Positions 17,891 through 25,370 of a stretch of 26,919 bases of DNA are shown here, piece after piece. The notes under the pieces are model-generated. The model was not told the origin of the DNA. It saw nothing but the letters and a program-made list of their open reading frames with translations, and ran no database searches. The stretch spans positions 1 to 26,919 of the forward strand of contig CAXIUT010000302.1 of assembly GCA_964035545.1 (NCBI GenBank), read 5' to 3'. The DNA is from Bugula neritina (Eukaryota; Animalia; Bryozoa). A program made the translations under genes and the position numbers. Positions within the stretch are counted from its first letter, which is position 1; the number at the start of each line of letters is the position of its first letter.

Positions 17891-18874
17891 TCAACTGAGA
17901 GCAACTCCAATATCTGACGCAATTAGGGACAAAACACTCTCTTCCAATGGCCACTCTTCCGTAACCCTATTTTTATGCGTATTTAACATCCAATACACAA
18001 AAAGAACTACACTTTGTCTATAAAAACTAGTTACTTCTGCATTAGTCAAAATTCTATCTGCCAAAAAAGAGTACTTGTCTTGGGATAAAAGCTCACATAT
18101 ATCAGTAATAGAATTTGCGCATATGACGTCTTCAAATTCATCCCAAATGACAATGCTCGACTTCTGATTTAGCGGCTTTCGTCCAGTCATCTCATAATAG
18201 AAATCGTCCAATCTCTCTTGAACTTTAAATTCGACCAGAGGGCCATGATTTAGCCTTTTTACTACTTCTTGAAAATACTCATCCGTTGTTTCAATTAAGG
18301 CCATACTCCTTGCGACTGTTCTATTTATTTTAGGCTCTACCTTTCTTTTCGCTTTATAAATGGCATCATGTGTGAGTTCTGCATGTGCATGTTGAAGCAA
18401 TGTCCTAACTTGCACTTCACAACACACATTTGTAGGTATAGCTAAGTTATTTATAGTCGTTTCACGTAAGGGCCTAAGAACATAATGTACGGACTGATAG
18501 GTAAATAGCAAAGGGGCTGATTCTCTCTCAGTCATAAAGTGTCTACATTCCTCATACTCCCATCCTTGATCATTCTTGATCGTGTCACATACTAAGTTTA
18601 AATCGCTTAATAACAACACAACAAATCTTATACCAACTTTATCCTCAATTTCCGAATATGGATCAGCATAGCTTTTAGATGGCCGATAAAAAGCTTTATC
18701 TATTAACGAATTCTCGTCTTTAAGTCTATAAGACGGCGGCACTTTGAAAAAAACTTCAGGCTTGTGCCCTTTATCGTTTAATGAGCTACAAACCTGATCT
18801 AATATCGCTACCGCCCATGCTTCGTATAGTTTTTCTTCGGACCTCCACTTTTCTATGAGCTCACGCTGATTCAT
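17891..18874 (-). CDS. RelA/SpoT-family synthetase-only protein (small alarmone synthetase-like) with a C-terminal helical extension
   Basis: Synthetase motifs YRLKDENSLIDK, IEDKVGIRFVV, YQSVHYV, EVQVRTLLQHAHAELTHDAIYK. No HD hydrolase, TGS or ACT domain. Confidence 0.9.
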   Translation of the reverse strand: MNQRELIEKWRSEEKLYEAWAVAILDQVCSSLNDKGHKPEVFFKVPPSYRLKDENSLIDKAFYRPSKSYADPYSEIEDKVGIRFVVLLLSDLNLVCDTIKNDQGWEYEECRHFMTERESAPLLFTYQSVHYVLRPLRETTINNLAIPTNVCCEVQVRTLLQHAHAELTHDAIYKAKRKVEPKINRTVARSMALIETTDEYFQEVVKRLNHGPLVEFKVQERLDDFYYEMTGRKPLNQKSSIVIWDEFEDVICANSITDICELLSQDKYSFLADRILTNAEVTSFYRQSVVLFVYWMLNTHKNRVTEEWPLEESVLSLIASDIGVALS

Positions 18875-19971
18875 TCTTGATTTACTATCAAATCCTTAAT
18901 CGTGACTTTAGTCCACCTAGTATCCTCTGCGACTCCTTCCTCGTTAGCATCAGGTGTAATCGTTTCTATTGTCACATATTCATCTAATACATCTGCGGGT
19001 GCTAGAATCTGAATATTCTTCCTAAACCTTAGTTTGCGAGTCTTTAGTTTGCTCACAATATACTCGGTGTCTTTAGTAAAACTACCTTGTGGCACATCAG
19101 AGTCACGCATGAAATTTTCATAACTGTCCTTCGTTGCGGTATCTACAAAATATTTTTCACCAAAATCTGAAGAACCGATAGCTTGAGCGGTATCAACTTT
19201 TAAATAGGTAACCAACGCATTCATCAAATCATTTTTTTTCTCAACGGAGACATCCAAATCAGAAACAAACTGCTTAGTGCTTTCATAAAACATCATTGTA
19301 GTTCTAGCGCTTGATTGAGGGTAACCACAACCTAAAAAGTCTATGTAAAAATATTTTGCTGCCGCCTTTCCTTCCGTTTTACTGATCTGATAATCAGATA
19401 GCATTACAATCCATTTTTCATTAAGGTTCTCAGGCTCCACTTCACTAGTACTTTTTCGGAAAAATCCTGCTGTTTTATATAATTTTGTGCCAGGTGTTAA
19501 CAATAATTCCTCAACAAACTTTAACGTGATTTCATCATCCACGGTGGTTTCTTTCTCATAGCCACTATGAACCTCAGCTTTGATAATACCGAGATAACTT
19601 TTCGGTAAGGCTGAATATTTTCCAGTAAAAACTATTACAATTCCTCCCGGTATATTTCTTGTTTGCTGAGCATAAGCAAGCTTTGTGGCTACATCATATG
19701 ATGACACAGCAAAATCTTCATCATTCAGATCCACCATTGAGTTAATTAACTTAGGCAATGAGTTGGCACCTTGGTCAAATATCTCCATTTGAACTGCTCT
19801 TGAAGAACTACCTAAAGAATCTGTTATTCGAGAAATAAACGTATTCTTTGCACTTTGCTCAAAGTTCGTAAAATCATGGCTTTGAATAGGCTGAACAATA
19901 CTCCCTTCACCATCTCGCTTAAAAACTTGATGGATAATGATTCTATCCACACTCAAATTCAGTAATTCCAT
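18871..19971 (-). CDS. NA37/YejK-like nucleoid-associated family protein
   Basis: N-terminal L.VDRIIIHQV, IPGGIVIVF, YLGIIKAE, LYKTA, AAKYFYIDFLGC, T..FY and size (~366 aa) fit NA37-like proteins. Likely start is ATG 19971 with AGGGCGG upstream. Its stop overlaps the next start (ATGA). Confidence 0.75.
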   Translation of the reverse strand: MELLNLSVDRIIIHQVFKRDGEGSIVQPIQSHDFTNFEQSAKNTFISRITDSLGSSSRAVQMEIFDQGANSLPKLINSMVDLNDEDFAVSSYDVATKLAYAQQTRNIPGGIVIVFTGKYSALPKSYLGIIKAEVHSGYEKETTVDDEITLKFVEELLLTPGTKLYKTAGFFRKSTSEVEPENLNEKWIVMLSDYQISKTEGKAAAKYFYIDFLGCGYPQSSARTTMMFYESTKQFVSDLDVSVEKKNDLMNALVTYLKVDTAQAIGSSDFGEKYFVDTATKDSYENFMRDSDVPQGSFTKDTEYIVSKLKTRKLRFRKNIQILAPADVLDEYVTIETITPDANEEGVAEDTRWTKVTIKDLIVNQE

Positions 19972-20388
19972 TTCAACCGCCCTGTATTGATTATGAGTTT
20001 CATTTAAACGCAAAAAATATTATCTAGCTACTGAAAACTATGACAATAGCTCCAGTATACATGAACGAAGCTGCTAACTATAAGTCAATCAACTGCAATT
20101 TTACTTTGACTTATTAAACCAAATCACCGATAAAACAAACAATTAAAGCTCACAAAGCTCTGTAACAAGGAATTTCCTACTTTCAGCCAAGAGGACAATG
20201 CGCATACGGGTAAGGCCTGAATTTTTATGGAGGTTCATCGAAACTGTCGCCCACCTTGTCAGGTTTACGCGCCGCTAAACTATAAACTCATAATTCTCCG
20301 CTTGGTAGCTCTTTGGTTTCAGCTTTATGTGGCGCAAAACTAAACACTATCTTGGGAATACCTTAAATACAAATTTAATCAATCAAGC

Positions 20389-21270
20389 ATGAATACAAAC
20401 AAAAAAGGAAAAGCTCCCTATGGATACCAATGGTCTGACGGTGAACTCATATTCAAAAAACCGGAATGCGATATTTACGGTCTTGCTTTTGAGCTGTATT
20501 TTTTGACTGGCCGCATCGGTACTACGGCTCGGCTTCTTAATGAACGAGGCTTCTTGAGCCAACACAAAAGCCCCTTCTCCACTTCTACAGTTCGACGCAT
20601 GCTAACTAACAGTGTCGCAAAAGGAATCTATGAAAAGTCTGCTTCCGCAGACACCGGCGAAGATTGCTCTGTATTAGCACCCGCAATTGTGAGTGAGGAT
20701 ACTTGGAACCAAGTCCAATCCATGATCGCCGAGGCCGCCAATGCAAAATCTCGCGTTCCACGACAAGACATCTTCGTGGGTTTGATCGATTGCGATTGCG
20801 GAACTCCGATGGACCTGCCCTCCAAATCCAAAGAGTATCAATGCTCTGGCTGCAACAATCGTGTTTTAAAGGAAGATTTACATTCTGCCTTTGAAACGGA
20901 ACTAAAGGGGTTGGAAATACCGCCTAGTCATGAACTACAACGCTATGCCAAAGTCACTCTATTGGAAGATGAAATTGATCCAAGTTCCCTCCTCAAATCC
21001 GTTGATAAAAGTATTGAATCCCTGTTTGAGCTCTACGAACAGCAAAAAATTGGTGAACCAATATTCACAGAGCGCATGGCAAAACTAACGAAACGCAAAC
21101 AGCAACTTTTGAGTAACCTCAGTCATCAACTAACTGAAACAACGGATACCTTATCAGATTTATGGCCAACACTTGCCTATGCTGAACAACGCCTCATACT
21201 AGAAAGCCTGCTCCAACGCATTACTGTTTCAAAAACCAAGGTTACCTTTTCCTTTTTCTCTCTTTTTTAA
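20389..21270 (+). CDS. Large serine recombinase-like protein lacking the N-terminal catalytic domain (recombinase domain, Zn ribbon, coiled coil)
   Basis: G.APYGY, TARLLNERG, FSTSTVRRMLTN...KG, PAIVSEDTWNQVQ, GLIDCDCGTPM...YQCSGC. No Y/IxRVST catalytic motif in the ORF or visible upstream. Confidence 0.8.
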   Translation: MNTNKKGKAPYGYQWSDGELIFKKPECDIYGLAFELYFLTGRIGTTARLLNERGFLSQHKSPFSTSTVRRMLTNSVAKGIYEKSASADTGEDCSVLAPAIVSEDTWNQVQSMIAEAANAKSRVPRQDIFVGLIDCDCGTPMDLPSKSKEYQCSGCNNRVLKEDLHSAFETELKGLEIPPSHELQRYAKVTLLEDEIDPSSLLKSVDKSIESLFELYEQQKIGEPIFTERMAKLTKRKQQLLSNLSHQLTETTDTLSDLWPTLAYAEQRLILESLLQRITVSKTKVTFSFFSLF

Positions 21271-21546
21271 AAAGGCCCAACAAGCCACCAAACGGGGTTG
21301 TAATCTAACCCATCCTAGATCATGGACAAAAACGGCTTGTGTGGCCTTAGAATGCCCTATAATGGCTAGGCCAATGGTTATTGCTTTTCTCTTAATGGCT
21401 GTGCGCGACTTGTCGCGCCCTTTTAATGAGAATTCAATAACGACGTTGAGGTGGCGAGTAAGGCGACTTATTTTTAAGCGCTTATTGCTTATTTCACGCG
21501 CTGGCAACCTTGTGCGTCCAGTGCTCATGGCTGAGGTTTACTCATC

Positions 21547-21771
21547 ATGATGCTAACTGATACAGCACAACTTTTGTATGACCAATACGGTACACTAACG
21601 CTGAACACACGACAGCTTGCCAAGGTGCTCCATTATCGAACACCTCGGGTATTGCTCAATGCGATTTCAGCGGACCGTTGTCCGGTCCATACTTTTAAGG
21701 TCGGCAAACACCGTGTCGCTGATATTCGCGATGTCGCGGAACATTTAGACACACTGCGTCGCTTTAAATAA
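21547..21771 (+). CDS. Small HTH DNA-binding protein, PrtN/excisionase-like
   Basis: 74 aa; LLYDQYG..TL....LAKVL...P..L.NAI....PV.TFKVG..RVADIRDVAEHLD. SD-like GAGG upstream and a terminator directly downstream. Confidence 0.7.
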   Translation: MMLTDTAQLLYDQYGTLTLNTRQLAKVLHYRTPRVLLNAISADRCPVHTFKVGKHRVADIRDVAEHLDTLRRFK

Positions 21772-21775
21772 TAAG

Positions 21776-21803
21776 AAGGCCAACTCTTGGAGTTGGCCTT
21801 TTT
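21776..21803 (+). terminator. Rho-independent terminator
   Basis: AAGGCCAACTC-TTG-GAGTTGGCCTT perfect 11-bp stem running into a T tract, 4 bp after the stop of 21547..21771. Confidence 0.85.
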
Positions 21804-22367
21804 CATTTGAGAGTGGTTTTGCTATTTTTAGCGCACCTTTGCTATAGTGGTGTTGGTAGCACAGGTTGCGCTAACTATGCTTATGAATAATAAGAGAAAA
21901 CAGGTATCGCTGAATGATTTTCATTTGGAATTAACGTTGGCGTTTGCCTTACTTATGATCTTGATCTTTCATGACGGCGCGAAAGCCGCCTTCTGTTATA
22001 GTTCATCTAATACAAGCTCGTTAACCGGCTATTCATTAAGCCGTTAGGAACCTTTCTCTATTGGAGAATTCCCTTCGGGTTCAATGCTAGACACCTAACG
22101 CATTTAGACGAATCGAGCACAGGCAGCCCGCGCCACTCGATGTCCAAGTGTTAGTGTGACAAAACAAATACAAAAATAAAAATTTAGTTCTTTATTTTAG
22201 TTTTTAATCACATTTAAAATGCGCGCCTGTGCTGCTTTTAGTAAAGAACGAACTTCGCTTATGGTCAAGCGCCCATCTGTGGATAACTCAGGTCACTACT
22301 AACCACATACTTAGAGTTCCTGTCTAATGTACACATTCAGGACAAGAGCCTGTCACGGTGTCGCTGG

Positions 22368-25353
22368 TTATGTTCGCCTCGTTAGGATTTTAGCAACGAC
22401 TGTTTGATGAATTGACCGACGCTCTTCCCCCACATCAACCTTATTGGATTCCACCATCCGTCCTCCCACGTGATGAGCCCCTGGTTTCGTCGTCAATTCT
22501 CTCTTAGCTAGACCATGAATTGAGATCATGGCCTCACTCAGTGCCAACACCTCACATTGCGAGACCAAATCAGTCTCATCGAGTTTGGACCTTAATCCGT
22601 CGCGCCACTTAGGATCTTCTGAAACAATCCAGACTTGGTCCACGCCAAAAATTGAGGCATTTTTAATGTTGTCTACTTCGTGAGTCACCGACGTGGATAC
22701 TGAAATCTCACACGCGATTCTACGTTTATCCTGACAGAGCAACACATCAATGTGCTGACCGTCCCCACAATGAGCTTCAAGCTGTGCCTCTAAGCCTAGT
22801 TTTTGCGCAGTATCACACAGCAGGGCTTGTATTGTTTTATGCGCTTCGCCTCCTTTGCCACCTCTATTTGTCAACGGCACTTCCGTACTTCCTTCCGGTG
22901 AATCCACCTTGACTGAGTCCTGTGCTGGCTTCACTTGTCCGAGAGACTCATAGATCAAGTGCTCTACTTCCTCTTTAGGTGTGCCGTATCGTTGCCGTGA
23001 ATGATTTATAATCGCTTCCACTTTTTCAGCGGCCTTTACTTCATCAATCTCCGGCATCATGGGCCGTCGATAAATTAAAATCAAACGCCGAGCGCTCCGC
23101 TCGCATAATCGCTTGTCCGACCCCAAGACTTTGTAGGTCACCCGCCTCGAATGAAGAAAAGCCCGGCTGCAATGCTTTGGCGTCCTTATCACCCAATCGA
23201 AAACACACACGGCTAAACGGATTGGCCAAAACGCTTTCCGCCACATCCGGGTCTTTGCCCTCTAATTGACGTAATTGCTGGTGCGCCAGCACAAACCCTA
23301 ATTGGTATTTACGCGTACCACTTAGAATGGACTCCATGCTCGGCGTAATAAAGTTGTGGAACTCATCAATATACAAATAAAAACGGCACTCGCTCCTCTT
23401 CGGGAATCGCCTGCCGGGCATAGGCCATTTGGTTAAACTTAGTCACCAACAAGGTGCCCATCAAATAGGAGTTCTCGACCCCAATGGCGCCGTGAGAGAG
23501 TTTGGCCAACAAAATCTTACGACCCTGCATCACCTCCTCAAAGTCTATTTTGTTTTTCTTCTGGGCCACCATATTGCGAATCGGCTTGGGCCGTAAAAAC
23601 GTATCGAGCCGGGTCAGTACAGGGCCCTGAGGCTTGCCAGAGAGCATGGCAAACTCACGCTCCCAATAAAACACGTTTTCTGGATCGCGCACCGTTTCAA
23701 GATGCTCTCGACGAAAATCTTTGTCTACTAAAAATCGGCGTAGTAGGGGCAAGGTACCGCCCTCCTCACTCTCTAGCATGGCATTGATGCCATTGGCCAG
23801 CACGCTGTTCATTTGATCGCCCCAGGTACTGGATAAGCGTCTAAACACAGACGTCAGATCGGAAGCCAATAGAATGCTCTCCAAATCCGAGTGTGCATCT
23901 AAAATATTAAACCCAACGGGATAGGCTTCATCAGACGGATCAAACACAATCACATCGTCCATCCGGTCTTCAGGCACGCGTTTGAGGACAGCATCAATCA
24001 AATCCCCGTGAGGGTCTAATACAGCCAACCCCTGCCCCATCTCCATATCCTGACAAATAAGATTCAGCAACATGGTGGATTTACCTGTTCCTGATGCGCC
24101 GATCAGGTGCATATGACGCATGCGATGGGTTGGCGTTAAGCCCACCGGCACTGTTTTGGCTTCTATGCTCATTGTGGCCTAACGCAAACGCATGACCGAT
24201 GACCATATCAGGCGCGGCCTTAGTACGCTGGGTAACCCGTTTGAGCTTAGCGGATCGCAAAGACGCATCCGGCAGGTGTGCCAGCGCCGTTAATTCATTG
24301 GCATTTAATAAAAGGCCGCTTCGATGAGTTGTTCGTTGCACCACATCAGCCGCATGGCATGCCTGTCATAGCCTTCATTGCTCAGCGGAAATAACGCATT
24401 ACTGCCGGGGTTATCAAACTGAGTCATGGCCCCACTCAGATCTCGTAGAATCATGGCTCGTCGTTGTTCATCAAGAGATGCGGCACCAATGCGAATCAAT
24501 CCAGCATAGAGAGGGGCTGCAATTTTTTGTTTTGTTAGCACCAGCATCTCTGGGGCATCGGCAAAGAAGGCACTGCCGTCCCCGTTAGTTACCGAATCGA
24601 GCAAAGCCTCAGACCAAATCGGGTTTGCGGGCTCAAACAATAATTGCAGCACCCCACACTCACCACTGGTTTAAACCTGAGAGTGCACCTGTCATACCGT
24701 CAGAGAATCAATGCTCTTGAGATCGGTATTAAGAGGCCGCATCACCTCTTGATCTAGCCCAAACTCAATCACGGATTGCGCCGACCAGTCCTGCCCCCAT
24801 TTCGTTGCCAAACAGTCGTTCGATTGCTCAATCACGCAATCCGGTTTCATGCGCCTCTAGCTGACGAATGACCGTATCGGCATCGGTTTCAGCACAACTA
24901 AGCAAGACAACGATCTCTTCCATCGACCCCACAAGCTCAAAACTCAACGGCGCACTGACATAATGCAAGGTCTTAAGAATGGTTTGCATCTAGCTTTGTT
25001 GTGCTTTTTAATGACTGAGGCAGCAACAGATGTAACTCCACCCGCTCATCCCAAACCTCTAAGGGCTCGCATTCGGGAACTCAGCCTCTGTGTCAATCGG
25101 TTCAGGAGCAGCTCCCTGATTTGACCCCACATTCTGAAATGAATCCGCAATTCGGCTTAGCCAAGTGTGATGCCGCCCATCGTCATGATTGACGCCCATC
25201 GTCACGATGCGACTCATGCTCGTAAAACGCCAAGTCTTTGGGGCACGGTGCGATTCGGGGCTCCAACTTAAGCGGTACGTCATACACATCCCATCCTCGT
25301 AATCGCCGCTCCCATTGGGCAAAGAGTTGTGTTCTTCGTTCAGCCAAGGACAT
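22368..25353 (-). pseudogene. Frameshifted ~990-aa VirD4/TrwB/HerA (DUF87)-like ATPase with a C-terminal PD-(D/E)XK-like domain
   Basis: Reconstructed by hand from ATG 25353 (MSLAERRTQLFAQWERRLRGWDVY, GGAG upstream) across about 10 frame changes. Walker A GASGTGKS, LDPHGDL, Walker B FYLYIDEFHNF, LAHQ; C-terminal H...LE...IDV...IACEIS. May be intact in vivo if the indels are sequencing errors. Confidence 0.8.
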
Positions 25354-25370
25354 GGACTACTATCTCCACA

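Noticed and set aside
17891-18874. Housekeeping relA/spoT
   Set aside because: Only 327 aa, lacks HD, TGS and ACT domains, is AT-rich and lies inside a putative island.
21403-21425. GCGCGAC-TT-GTCGCGC hairpin followed by CC and a T run, as terminator of the recombinase gene
   Set aside because: Plausible but ~130 bp from the stop and with a gap before the T run; not strong enough to call.
21229-22047. ORFs 21229..21528, 21341..21550 and 21847..22047
   Set aside because: No recognisable domains or convincing starts. A small hydrophobic peptide at 21847..22047 cannot be excluded.
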